Numbered from the stretch's first letter, positions 19,788-30,013 are shown. The stretch is 64,000 nucleotides of DNA from Candidatus Altimarinota bacterium (GCA_046314355.1 JBKBWQ010000001.1:1536001-1600000), one strand, 5' to 3'. Numbers and translations are program-made. The notes: a model not told the origin generated them from the sequence alone.

Positions 19788-22190
19788 TTAGGAGTTCTTC
19801 TTTATGACTTCCATGATGATCTTCACGGCTTCGGCTCTTGTGATAGAGTTAGCCGGTTTAAAGAGTACACGTCCGTTTTCTCTATATCCCTGTAGGAATG
19901 ATTGTCCGTAAGAAACATATTTGCCGAACCAGATGCCTGGAGTGATATCCTGGAATATACTCGCGCTTGGTCTCTCTGATACTTCAGTTTTTGTAGCTTC
20001 AACGATAATCTTAAGTGCCTCAGCTCTGTTGATAGAAATATTTGGTTTAAATGTTCTATCCGCATATCCTGATATCATATTCTCAGCCTTGGCTGTTGCC
20101 ACCACTGTAGCAAACCAATCCGTAAGACGTACGTCTATGAATGGTTTCTGTGAAAGATTTGTAATGATCTGTTTCTTGAAAGCATTAACCACTATCTTCG
20201 TAAGCTCAGCTCGCGTGATCAAGCTGTTTGGCTCAAAGAACCCAGGTTTTTTACCTTCGATGAGACAGTTAAGTCTAGCTTCTTCTATATAGTCCTCACC
20301 CCAATGATTCCTGATGTCTTTAAAGGACACCGCAGGTGTACATGTGGATCGTGCGTTATTAGTATTTGTATTCACTTCATCTCTCTTTCCAGCTCCGAAG
20401 TAATCTGAAGATTTATAGGAAACTACCCCTGATGAAGAGTAATTTGGAAGAGAGATAGGAGGATTATCAGTAAATCTTACAAGTACGCTGTATATTCCGG
20501 TAGTAGTGGTATTAAAAGTAATTTGAGCATTAGTCTTTGAAATGATGTCTCCGGCTGGTACCGCTGTCCATTTATTTGTATAGGTATCGTATACGACAGG
20601 AATAATCTCCGCTATCGTCTTTCCTGCAGGTGTGATAGATGCAGGGTTGATGGTAAAGGTGATCTGTGATGGTATAAAGAAAGTGGTTGGATGAGACCCG
20701 TCATTTTTATTTACGAGCTCTACTTTATAGATACCTGTTGCGTAGCTTTTCTGCTCCGGCGGAGTAAAGTTCTCAGGGCTCTGAGGTATGATGCTTGGAT
20801 CCACATGCATTAATGTTGCCTTTGCAGGGATGTGAAGAACTATCTCACCATTTCCTGCACTGAGATTCTTTTCTGTAGAAAGAGTAATCTCGTCTTTTAT
20901 TAATACTGCAGAGATGAGGTTGCCATCCTTATCATATTTTTTGTCGATGATAATTTTACTTCCATTCTTATCTGTATACTCTGAATGTACTGTATATGAT
21001 CCGTCTGGATTATAGGTATATGTTTCTACCAAGGTAGCGCCGTCAGGGTACGTAATCTGATGCTTGATCAGTTTACCATCATGATACCACCACTCTTCAG
21101 TAGTAATGCCTGCAGGATCATATGTCTTTGTACGGATATACACATCGACATCTCCAGGGCTATGTTTTTCATACCTGATTTCTCTATTCTGCGTATCGTA
21201 CCACCAGTGTTCTATTGTGCCATCTGGATATGTTTTAATGATTTCTGTGATATGTCCGTCTGCGGCATACCGTGTTTCAGTAATGATACCGTCAGGATAT
21301 GTGGTTTCAATGACAGTCTTAGTGCCATCAGGATACTCAATAGTATGAACAGTCTTAGTGATGTTTCCGTCAGGATCCTTGTAGGTCTCAAGAGTATGAT
21401 TGATTGTATCTCCGTTTGGATCTTTTTCAGTCCAAGTTTCTTTTATATATTGTGAATCATCAGGGAATGTATGTGTCTCCTTGATCACAGTTCCAGAATT
21501 CGTTGTCTCGATGACTTCTGTTTCAACAATATGCCCTGAGGTGATGACAGGTAGCGCTTTATTTGCGAAATTTACTGCACTGCTCTCTTGATCAAGGTAA
21601 AATTCTCCTGAGCTTGCCAATGTTGGTGCAGCAAGTAGACGTAGAGATTTGAGTTCTACATCTGTATTGATTCTTCTATCATGGGTTGCAAAAGCGATTT
21701 GTGCGACCTTTTCTCTTGGTTTTGTAAAAGCTGTGTTTTTGTTAAACTGAAAACGCAGAGTTCCAGTCTCAGTCCCATTACTGTTTTTTATAATACCTGT
21801 TACAAAAGAATCCACCGTGACACCCGGCATTCCCTGTATGAGATTGAGATGTGCAGAAAGTATTGATGGGTTATAGGTCAGTACACCACTTAAAGAGTTG
21901 GAAGTAAGACTCCCACTGCCTGTCACAGAGTAAATATCAACGATCACCAAGCCGCTGCCGTAGAGTTTTCCATCATTTTCCAAAACTACACCTGTACCTG
22001 CTTTCAACACTTCACCGGATGCAGATAGAGTTTTATAGCCAAGATACATACCCTTTTCCTGAGCTACGGTATTTTGACTAATCAGATCACCACGCAGGAA
22101 GTTTCCTAGTGGTGATAAGAGCAGCAGCAGTATCGTCGCTATGGACGTCAAAGCTACTCCTAGCCAAATATTTTTTTGTTTTTGTGTCAT
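19788..22190 (-). CDS. SLH-domain surface protein with N-terminal TM/signal, cohesin-like domain and (Y/F)PDG beta-hairpin repeats
   Basis: Hydrophobic N-terminus; VIVDIY...GVLTYNPSILS...GTLRF...KVAQIAF; TYPDG/YDKDG repeats; three SLH motifs (ITRAE, INRAE, ITRAE); 30 bp upstream of the 4347-aa gene. Confidence 0.85.
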   Translation of the reverse strand: MTQKQKNIWLGVALTSIATILLLLLSPLGNFLRGDLISQNTVAQEKGMYLGYKTLSASGEVLKAGTGVVLENDGKLYGSGLVIVDIYSVTGSGSLTSNSLSGVLTYNPSILSAHLNLIQGMPGVTVDSFVTGIIKNSNGTETGTLRFQFNKNTAFTKPREKVAQIAFATHDRRINTDVELKSLRLLAAPTLASSGEFYLDQESSAVNFANKALPVITSGHIVETEVIETTNSGTVIKETHTFPDDSQYIKETWTEKDPNGDTINHTLETYKDPDGNITKTVHTIEYPDGTKTVIETTYPDGIITETRYAADGHITEIIKTYPDGTIEHWWYDTQNREIRYEKHSPGDVDVYIRTKTYDPAGITTEEWWYHDGKLIKHQITYPDGATLVETYTYNPDGSYTVHSEYTDKNGSKIIIDKKYDKDGNLISAVLIKDEITLSTEKNLSAGNGEIVLHIPAKATLMHVDPSIIPQSPENFTPPEQKSYATGIYKVELVNKNDGSHPTTFFIPSQITFTINPASITPAGKTIAEIIPVVYDTYTNKWTAVPAGDIISKTNAQITFNTTTTGIYSVLVRFTDNPPISLPNYSSSGVVSYKSSDYFGAGKRDEVNTNTNNARSTCTPAVSFKDIRNHWGEDYIEEARLNCLIEGKKPGFFEPNSLITRAELTKIVVNAFKKQIITNLSQKPFIDVRLTDWFATVVATAKAENMISGYADRTFKPNISINRAEALKIIVEATKTEVSERPSASIFQDITPGIWFGKYVSYGQSFLQGYRENGRVLFKPANSITRAEAVKIIMEVIKKNS

Positions 22191-22296
22191 AATAGTACTT
22201 GATAGAAAAATCGCTTTCTGATTATTATACCATTTTCTACTCCGAAAAACGACAACAATACTTGCCGTAATTTAATTATTAACCACAATACTATTT

Positions 22297-23376
22297 TTAA
22301 ATGCTGAAGTCTCTGAGTACATTGATCAATTCTTTTGTCGCACTTACTGAATGCATAGGAAAATTAGCGATTCTGATTAATTTATCCTTGTCCTCTCCAT
22401 AACCGCTTCCTACGATAAAGTTATGAGATTTTGCGTATTCCATCAGATGACTAGATCCCCAAGGGGTTGCGATGCCAAATACTGTGTCAGAACGCCACGT
22501 TTTGTTTTGTACTAGAGAATGGAGTACAGGACTATGATCAAGAAAGGTATACATGAGGTCTGCTTTTATTTTTATATCTTTTCTGATAGAAGGTAAATTG
22601 GAAAGCATATCTGATGCTACTTTTCCTAAAAGATAAATCCCTAAAATATTAGGTGTCTCAGGAGTAGAGAAGAGAGCTTCATAATGCGCAAGATTCGGAA
22701 AATTGTGATAGGTGCCAATGGATAGACCTTTACTTTGCAGCTTTCTGCTTTTTTCCAGACATTTTTCATTGATCACAAGTACACCCATTCCAGCGGGTAA
22801 TCCAAACCCTTTTTGTATGGAAAAAAATACAGAATCTATCTTTGAAAAATCGATCTCTGCATAGGGTGCAGTGGTCACGATATCAAGGGCAATGAGAGCA
22901 TTTGGATATTTTGCTTTTAGTGCATAAATCTCCTCAAGAGGCGCCATCACACATCCGCTTGTCTCACAATGAGACATCGTAATAAGCTCAGTATTTTCAG
23001 GCAGATCATAGGATGGAAAGTGAAACCCTTCACCGAGAGATGCAGTATAAATTACTGGTTCTTTTTGCAGCTCCACCGCACAGTCATACATTCTCTTTGA
23101 AAAAGCACCATTTACAAAATGCACACTGGTTTTCTCTACACAATTCTCTATCAGTCTCTCCATGGCTTCTGTAGCTGATCCAAGAAAAAAGATATGAAAA
23201 TCTTCCGGAATATTCAGAAGTTTTTTTAAATTTTCCTGACTTGCCCGGAAAATATCGTGAAAAGCAGGACTTCTATGAGATATAGAGAAAATATGATCAC
23301 GTTTTGCATCCTCCAGAAACTCATAGAGCTTAGGATAGTGCATCGTTGGTCCTGGTGTGAAATACTGTGGAGACAT
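22297..23376 (-). CDS. serC: Class V PLP aminotransferase, phosphoserine aminotransferase-like
   Basis: YFTPGP, SISHRS..F, GSATEAME, FSIQKGFGLPAG, TPETPN motifs. Confidence 0.8.
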   Translation of the reverse strand: MSPQYFTPGPTMHYPKLYEFLEDAKRDHIFSISHRSPAFHDIFRASQENLKKLLNIPEDFHIFFLGSATEAMERLIENCVEKTSVHFVNGAFSKRMYDCAVELQKEPVIYTASLGEGFHFPSYDLPENTELITMSHCETSGCVMAPLEEIYALKAKYPNALIALDIVTTAPYAEIDFSKIDSVFFSIQKGFGLPAGMGVLVINEKCLEKSRKLQSKGLSIGTYHNFPNLAHYEALFSTPETPNILGIYLLGKVASDMLSNLPSIRKDIKIKADLMYTFLDHSPVLHSLVQNKTWRSDTVFGIATPWGSSHLMEYAKSHNFIVGSGYGEDKDKLIRIANFPMHSVSATKELINVLRDFSI

Positions 23377-23513
23377 AAAATAACGCGTTGTATAAAACGG
23401 AGTGAGTATAGTTGAGGTAGGTAGAAAAAAGCAAAGAAATTGGTGAATTTATTTTAAGGTGAGTATTTTAAAATAGATAACTATGAAAACCTTCTTCATA
23501 CCATAAGGGTACC

Positions 23514-23831
23514 TTAATATCTTTCTACGCCTAAATCCGCCTCCTGAGAAAAACGATCTATTCCACCTTCCAAGTTGTAAATCTCCGTAAACCCATTTTC
23601 ATCTAAATACTCACATGCTTGTATACTTCTTATTCCATGATGACAATAGAGTACAAGAGGAGTATTTCTTGGAAATACGTCTATCTTTAATGGGAGGAGA
23701 TGGAGAGGAATATGTACCCCTCCAATATTGACTAGTTCACGTTCCTCGGAGGTACGTACATCGATCACTATCGCATCGGGGTGTTTTTCCAGGAATGTAG
23801 CATACTCTAAAGCAGGCAGCTGATGTATCAT
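23514..23831 (-). CDS. Single-domain rhodanese (sulfurtransferase)
   Basis: IDVR..E, YCHHGIRS, NLEGGI motifs. Confidence 0.9.
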   Translation of the reverse strand: MIHQLPALEYATFLEKHPDAIVIDVRTSEERELVNIGGVHIPLHLLPLKIDVFPRNTPLVLYCHHGIRSIQACEYLDENGFTEIYNLEGGIDRFSQEADLGVERY

Positions 23832-23986
23832 TTTGTATACTTAAAAATCTTATACAAATAGTATGCACTTTGTACTAGTAAGCAAGAGCTAGATCTTTAT
23901 TTCACTAAGATCTATGAAATCACAGAATAGGTTGAACTAAAAAGCCTTTGCACTAGTATGGGTATATAATAATTAGTTTTCTTTCT

Positions 23987-25363
23987 ATGCAGCTTCCCGA
24001 AATCTTTAAGGCGCAATTTGATGAACTTCTTCCTGTAGAGGAACAGAATGCTCTTTTTGCAACTATAGAATCCGGAGAAGCTTCTACTTCAGTGCGCTAT
24101 AATCCTTTGAAAAAGGCTCAGAGAATGGATGGAAAAACCATCCCGTGGTCTGAGAATGGTATTATTCTGCCTGAACGGCCGGACTTTACTCATGATCCGC
24201 TTTTTCAGGCCGGTACATATTATGTCCAAGATGCCAGCACACAGCTTTTGGAATATTTTATAAAAGAAATTCAGAAAGAAGCAAAAATTGAAACAGTACT
24301 GGATCTCTGTGCTGCTCCAGGAGGGAAAACTACCCATCTCTTGTCTCTTTTAGGGGAAGATACTCTAGTGATCGCCAATGAAGTCATCGCGACCCGTACC
24401 AAGATGCTTTATGAAAATACTGGTAAATGGGGATATCCGAATCTTGTGCTTATCAATAAAGATCCTAAATATCTCTCGCATGTGGCAGACTACTTTGACT
24501 GTATTGTCGTAGATGCGCCATGCAGCGGAGAAGGATTATTTAGAAAGGATCCAGGAGCAGTAGATGAATGGTCTCCTGAACAGGTCATGCAGTGCAGTCT
24601 CCGGCAAAAGCGTATCCTCTCTGATGCTCTGATTGCTTTGAAGCCGGGAGGCTACCTGATCTATAGTACCTGCACATACAATTATCTTGAGGATGAATAT
24701 ATCGTGGAATGGCTGCAGGAGGATTTTGGCTTTGAAGGACAGCATTTCGACTTGCCTGAGGTGTGGAACCTGTCTGCCACAGAAGCGGAGAATACTTCCT
24801 GTTTTAGGACATTCCCGCATAGGATTGAAGGAGAAGGCTTCTTCATTGCAGTACTCAAAAAACCTCTTGATCAAAGGGCATTAAAGCCTGTGAGAGACCG
24901 AAAATCTGCATTTACCCTGAAGCCGCTTGCCGAAAAAGCAGTTACAGCTTGGTTTAAGGAGCCTAAAAAATATATGCTTTTTGAGGATCATGGAACTATT
25001 ATTGCTTTCCCAAAAAAGCATTTTGAAAATTTTCAGAATCTTGCAAAGGAACTGTGGCCGGATAGTTTCGGGATAAAGGTAGCTGAGAGAAAGGGACGCG
25101 ATATTGTCCCGACTCACGACCTTGCACTCTCCACTATTCTTCGTGAAGATGCATTCCAAACTCTTGAAGTCTCAAAGGAAGCTGCCCAGCAGTTTCAGAA
25201 AAAGGAACCGCTCACTCTTGATGAACTGAATATTTCTGCACAGACTGGAAATCTTGAGGGATATGTCCTGCTTACATTTCAGCAAATACCGCTGGGATTT
25301 ATAAAGGTATCCAATAAAAAAATATCCAATCTTTACCCAATGGATTGGCGCGTAAGAAGATAG
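23987..25363 (+). CDS. rsmF: RsmF/NOL1/NOP2 family rRNA m5C methyltransferase
   Basis: YYVQDAS, LDLCAAPGGKT, VDAPCSGEG, YSTCT, EGFF and terminal N.YP..WR motifs. Confidence 0.9.
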   Translation: MQLPEIFKAQFDELLPVEEQNALFATIESGEASTSVRYNPLKKAQRMDGKTIPWSENGIILPERPDFTHDPLFQAGTYYVQDASTQLLEYFIKEIQKEAKIETVLDLCAAPGGKTTHLLSLLGEDTLVIANEVIATRTKMLYENTGKWGYPNLVLINKDPKYLSHVADYFDCIVVDAPCSGEGLFRKDPGAVDEWSPEQVMQCSLRQKRILSDALIALKPGGYLIYSTCTYNYLEDEYIVEWLQEDFGFEGQHFDLPEVWNLSATEAENTSCFRTFPHRIEGEGFFIAVLKKPLDQRALKPVRDRKSAFTLKPLAEKAVTAWFKEPKKYMLFEDHGTIIAFPKKHFENFQNLAKELWPDSFGIKVAERKGRDIVPTHDLALSTILREDAFQTLEVSKEAAQQFQKKEPLTLDELNISAQTGNLEGYVLLTFQQIPLGFIKVSNKKISNLYPMDWRVRR

Positions 25364-25365
25364 TC

Positions 25366-26133
25366 TTAGTACCTAAGTGTGTGGAGACGCTGCTTGATAT
25401 GATATAAATTGATCAGTTTCTTAAGGATGAATTTTTCTTCACGAAGTTCTGAATGCGATAGACTCTTAGTATAGATAGGATCCACTTCCAGCTGAAATGA
25501 AATATCTTCAAGATATTTCAGATTTAAGATAGTGAGTGGTTTGTGAAACACAGTAAGCTGCTTTATATGTCCGCATAGTTCCTGCATATATATAGAATTG
25601 CCCTCACAATCCAGTACTGTCTCCAGGTCAGCTTTATAGGTTAGAAAACTATACATATAGGTAAGTATAATATAGCTTTTTACAGAAACGGGGTAACAGA
25701 GATGTGCATGTTTTGAAATATACTCATTGTAGGCGGCAAGGTATACAATTTCTTCCAATAATACACTGGCAGGTAAAGTATCCATCTGATCAAAGAGCTC
25801 AGCTATTGTGAAGCGTGGAGGACGTTTAAGGAGCTTCAAATCAAACTTACGAAGCTCCTTATCTATCAAAAAGATATCATCTTCCTGCGTAAGAAACCCT
25901 TCCTTTTGATCTTGAAACAGCTGTTTCAATTCTGGAGTGACATCCATATCCCTAGAAACTTCAAGGGCATTAGCCGAAAGATTCGAGGACTGTACTGTTA
26001 GCAGCGACTGTATCTGCTCAATAGTAACTTTTGAAGCTAAGTTGACGGAGGTGTCTGCACATACTGGATTATTTGGCCAGAGAGGATTTGTACTCGGATC
26101 CTTAAGTGTATATCGCTCAAATTGCCGGTCCAT
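25366..26133 (-). CDS. Hypothetical protein
   Basis: 255-aa ORF filling the gap, with a TTGACA promoter-like element upstream; no recognisable motif. Confidence 0.6.
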   Translation of the reverse strand: MDRQFERYTLKDPSTNPLWPNNPVCADTSVNLASKVTIEQIQSLLTVQSSNLSANALEVSRDMDVTPELKQLFQDQKEGFLTQEDDIFLIDKELRKFDLKLLKRPPRFTIAELFDQMDTLPASVLLEEIVYLAAYNEYISKHAHLCYPVSVKSYIILTYMYSFLTYKADLETVLDCEGNSIYMQELCGHIKQLTVFHKPLTILNLKYLEDISFQLEVDPIYTKSLSHSELREEKFILKKLINLYHIKQRLHTLRY

Positions 26134-26202
26134 AAGTAGAGTATGACATTTATTATGCGAATATTATTGTATTACTCGTAGTTGTCAATTCTCTTCAAAA
26201 AT

Positions 26203-26712
26203 TTATACATTTCCTTTGCTAAGTTCGAGCCTCTTATTATATCTCATATGTAAGATTACACAGATCAAGATTACAATATATGCCGTCAGTGCAAGGAATG
26301 GTATGGTAATAAATCCAAGATATTCCACCTGCAGCGCGCTGCATGGACTATTGAGAGTACATGGAGTATTGATAGGCAGCTTCACATGCTGAAGCAGGTA
26401 GTGAAAGATGCTTAGAGGAATTCCAAGTAAAGGGAAGGGAAGAATATAGTCTGTAAATTTCTTATCCTTCTTTAGCAGTCCTACAAGACTTATGAATACA
26501 AGCGGGTACATAAGTATTCTTGAAAACCAGCAAAGCTCACATGGTGTAAATCCATAAGAGACAAAAGGTGTGCCGTTCATGAAATTCATTACAGGGTCTC
26601 CGAAGGTAGAGTAATAGAGAGAACCAAGAGTCGCGAGGAGTGCTTGTACGAAAATAATATACTGCAGCATTCGTTGTTTTTTTGAGATAGCTACTGCCTG
26701 TTTTGTGTCCAT
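26203..26712 (-). CDS. dsbB: Disulfide bond formation protein, DsbB/BdbC family
   Basis: ATLGSLYYS, PCELCW..RILMYP, second Cys pair C....PC, ITIPFLAL; four TM segments. Confidence 0.9.
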   Translation of the reverse strand: MDTKQAVAISKKQRMLQYIIFVQALLATLGSLYYSTFGDPVMNFMNGTPFVSYGFTPCELCWFSRILMYPLVFISLVGLLKKDKKFTDYILPFPLLGIPLSIFHYLLQHVKLPINTPCTLNSPCSALQVEYLGFITIPFLALTAYIVILICVILHMRYNKRLELSKGNV

Positions 26713-26788
26713 GAAAGAAAAATAGGAAATCTGTGTATACTGACTCTACTTGCAGTGAGTAAAAAGTAAAGTGAGCTTTGAATATATG

Positions 26789-26820
26789 AGAAAAGAGACC
26801 CTAGGTAGGATCTCTTTTCT
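26789..26820 (-). terminator. Intrinsic terminator-like hairpin
   Basis: AGAAAAGAGA...TCTCTTTTCT inverted repeat after the DUF4153 gene. Confidence 0.7.
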
Positions 26821-26832
26821 TGCAGTTTGAGC

Positions 26833-28629
26833 TTACTTTATATCCACCAAAGCTTGTCCGTAGAAGCTAATAATCTTTGGTGCATCTTGAGAGGATTCTA
26901 CTTTTTCTGCTTCAATGGAATTCATTTGGAATTTAACGCGTAGTTTTTCATTTTCGAAAAGATAGCTCATTTTTTCTGCTGATGTGGAATTGCCTTTCAG
27001 TGCTTCAGAACAGTTTTGTTTTGCGACCTCATTGAGATAGTCCCGCATATTGATTGCGGCTATCTCCGCTCCTGCTTCTTTTATTCTTACTGTAAAAGTA
27101 TCATGATCTGTTGTAAGGGTATAGTTTTTACCAGAGATAGACATATTCTGTGGTTGAGTATTTGGAGAATAGATATTCTCACTTATATTACTGAGATAAA
27201 GATCATACCCTGAGACATCTATGCTTGACTCTGTGTTCTCTGTACGAATATAACAAGTCACTGTTCCCCGATTCCACCCTAAGAAGCTCGTAGCAGGATC
27301 AAGATTGAGCAGAGAAATTATTTCACCCCGAGAGAGTGCACTAATATCTTTATCAAACCATGGGGCAAGCACTTGTATAGAATGGGTGTTATCCAGGTAA
27401 CTCACAATATTGGATATTCTATCTGCGTCAGATCCTCCAATCGGTGAAGGGATTGCAACTACTTTGTTGTCCTTGAATGCTCCGTTTTTTTCAAGTAATT
27501 CTGAGAGCTCATGCATCTGACTGTTCTTTGAAACCTCTCCTATACTCCATGGACCTATGGATCCGATGAGTATAATAACCAGCAGTGAGAGTGAGAGAAC
27601 CTCTAGTCTCTTCTGACGGCTGATAATAAAATAGAGAGACGTAATACTCAGCCAGACTCCTCCAGCAAGAAGAGCATATCTGCTTTCAGTGATGCCGACA
27701 CTATCTATACGGAGCCATGTTGCCAAGAAAAGCATCACTACTTGAGGGAGCAGTATCAGGAAGAAGAGTGGCTTCCAAATACGAGCGTTTTTATGTTCAG
27801 AAAGTCTGCTATGTAGGATGACAAAGGTAAGTAATCCAATGATAGAGAATCCAAGTACCAGCAATGCTACTTGTCCATTTGGCCACATACCTGTGAAAAG
27901 AATTTTTGCAGAATATGTATAAAGAATAGCAAAATAAATAACTGTAGCTGGAAATGCAATATACAAAGCAAACCACTGCAGCGGAAATGCCACCTGGGAA
28001 TGAGGCTGCACCTTGCTGGATGCTACTGGTATTCTTGAGAGAAAAAATACGGGACTGAATAATGCGGTTACTATAATCCAGAAATCCGTATAAGTGGTGC
28101 TTGAGATATCTACACTGAAAAGCAGGCTGATACTTCCAAATGCCACAGTAATAGCTATGAAAATACAAACTGCGCAGAATATTGTGACGATAGCGTTGAA
28201 AAGCAGTGATACTACGTGCTCCCAATAATATTCTTTTATATTACTCAAAGGTACTAGAGTCATCAGTACAAGTCCCAATACAAATATAATAAGCGAATAG
28301 ATTATATATATTGCAGGAGCAGCACTAAGTGGAAAGGGAAGTATAAAATAATAAGCTGCAATAAGCGCAACGAAGCCCAGGTAGCTTCCTATCTTTCCTA
28401 GGAATGGAAGCTGCTTTTTTTCCAAAAAGAAAGATAAAGCAACGCTTGCTGGAAAAAGAGTTACAAAGATAAGTAGGAATCTGCGTACTATATCTGAATC
28501 CTGATTGTGCGTAAATGAGATGCCAAACACCGTAATAAGTGCAGCAAGTAGTATGGAGAGAGGAAACCTGTTGATTGATGTACGGACAGCTTGAAATATA
28601 TTTTCGAAGGACCAGGAAAATATGTGCAT
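26833..28629 (-). CDS. DUF4153-like polytopic membrane protein
   Basis: Many TM helices; RFP, YFAILYTYSAKIL...WP.G, RI...GITE.RY, GPWS...VS..SQ motifs; likely start ATG 28629. Confidence 0.8.
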   Translation of the reverse strand: MHIFSWSFENIFQAVRTSINRFPLSILLAALITVFGISFTHNQDSDIVRRFLLIFVTLFPASVALSFFLEKKQLPFLGKIGSYLGFVALIAAYYFILPFPLSAAPAIYIIYSLIIFVLGLVLMTLVPLSNIKEYYWEHVVSLLFNAIVTIFCAVCIFIAITVAFGSISLLFSVDISSTTYTDFWIIVTALFSPVFFLSRIPVASSKVQPHSQVAFPLQWFALYIAFPATVIYFAILYTYSAKILFTGMWPNGQVALLVLGFSIIGLLTFVILHSRLSEHKNARIWKPLFFLILLPQVVMLFLATWLRIDSVGITESRYALLAGGVWLSITSLYFIISRQKRLEVLSLSLLVIILIGSIGPWSIGEVSKNSQMHELSELLEKNGAFKDNKVVAIPSPIGGSDADRISNIVSYLDNTHSIQVLAPWFDKDISALSRGEIISLLNLDPATSFLGWNRGTVTCYIRTENTESSIDVSGYDLYLSNISENIYSPNTQPQNMSISGKNYTLTTDHDTFTVRIKEAGAEIAAINMRDYLNEVAKQNCSEALKGNSTSAEKMSYLFENEKLRVKFQMNSIEAEKVESSQDAPKIISFYGQALVDIK

Positions 28630-28706
28630 AGAGTGGAGTAAAGATAATGACTCTATTGTACTCCTTGAGTATGAAAGGTCAAATATCACATTTGTGAAGG
28701 ATATTT

Positions 28707-29402
28707 CTATTTTACTGCAAGCATAATTCCTAGGGTTTTGGAGTATTTTGAAGGCTTGAGATGTCTAATAGTAAATCCATTTTTTTCAAAAATTTCTATT
28801 AATTCTTTGTGACTTCTGCCGAAGTGTTCATGATATTCCATAAAAATAGCCTGTATTTTTGAAAAAGTTTCAGGGGAAGTACTTTCAAAAATATCATATT
28901 CAGCTCCTTCACAATCGATTTTTAGCAAAGAACAGATTTCAATGTTATTTTCTTTCATAATATCATCAAGGGAAATACCTGGAACTATTTTGTACTGCTT
29001 TGCGTCTTTAGCATAAGGCTCACAGAGAGAGTTATTGTGGTTATTGTTACTGATATTGAGGTATACATCTTCAGTGGTCCCAGCTGCTGCCATATGAAAT
29101 GCTGTAATTTTCTGCAGAGCATTCTGCTTTATATTTTGAGTGAGTAATTCAAAGTTATCAACTGCAGCTTCATAGGCAATGATAGGTACTGAATGATTGA
29201 GTGACCGTACAAAAAACTCAAAGGTACCAATATGAGCACCAATATCGATGATGCAATCAGAAGCTTCTTTTATAAGTTTTTTGCAAATCTTATAGTCTTG
29301 ATCAATAAGGACCTCTTCAATAACTGACTCATCAGTGGAGTCACGAAAGAGGATGTTATACGTATATTTTCCTACGCTTATTTGTTTAGTACGATGAGAC
29401 AT
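28707..29402 (-). CDS. FkbM family methyltransferase
   Basis: IIDIGAHIG and LLKIDCEGAEYDI motifs; likely start ATG 29402. Confidence 0.9.
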   Translation of the reverse strand: MSHRTKQISVGKYTYNILFRDSTDESVIEEVLIDQDYKICKKLIKEASDCIIDIGAHIGTFEFFVRSLNHSVPIIAYEAAVDNFELLTQNIKQNALQKITAFHMAAAGTTEDVYLNISNNNHNNSLCEPYAKDAKQYKIVPGISLDDIMKENNIEICSLLKIDCEGAEYDIFESTSPETFSKIQAIFMEYHEHFGRSHKELIEIFEKNGFTIRHLKPSKYSKTLGIMLAVK

Positions 29403-29554
29403 TATTCGGTGTAATATGCATGATGAGTCGATTGTATCAAATGAATGAATAAGCCACAATAATAACACATATTCTTATGTAAATATGTTACTCAGCTATT
29501 TACAAAATAAATCTAAAGGTTACAATGAACTATTACATAATAACTTCCTACACT

Positions 29555-29701
29555 ATGCTTTGGAACATACTAGTAGTATTGCTTGTACTTTGGCTTCTTG
29601 GACTCGTAAGCTCCAATACTTTAGGAGGATACATCCATGTTCTTCTTGTGGTAGCAGTTGTACTCTTTGTGGTGCAGATGCTTACTGGAAAGAGACCATA
29701 A
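29555..29701 (+). CDS. lmo0937/DUF5670 family small membrane protein (48 aa, missing from the ORF track)
   Basis: Manual translation MLWNILVVLLVLWLLGLVSSNTLGGYIHVLLVVAVVLFVVQMLTGKRP*; WLLG...GG.IH.LLV.A signature; terminator follows. Confidence 0.85.
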   Translation: MLWNILVVLLVLWLLGLVSSNTLGGYIHVLLVVAVVLFVVQMLTGKRP

Positions 29702-29707
29702 AACGAT

Positions 29708-29740
29708 AAAAAAACACCGCATTATGTGCGGTGTTTTTTT
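29708..29740 (+). terminator. Intrinsic terminator
   Basis: AAAAAAACACCGCA-TTATG-TGCGGTGTTTTTTT. Confidence 0.9.
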
Positions 29741-30013
29741 ATGTATGTTTTTTCAAAAAATTTATTTCAATATTAGAATATTTTCTTTTCTTGCATAGCA
29801 TTCAGGTAGCTGATGGATGAAAAAGTGATCTTTATTTTCTAGACTATTGACTCCAGATTGGAAGGTACTAGCGAGAGCAGTTGTCTTGCTTTTGTAGACT
29901 CAAATAATATATTTGTCATTTGTCATGTCTACATTCAAAAAAGTCTCCACCAGATCCAGCCCAGATTCAAGAAATATGATATTATAGTATGATACCCATT
30001 TCATAGCTGTAAT

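Noticed and set aside
29485-29709. 74-aa ORF with CxxC pairs (zinc-finger-like)
   Set aside because: It is an alternative frame of the 48-aa lmo0937-like gene; the Cys codons arise from shifted Val/Leu codons.
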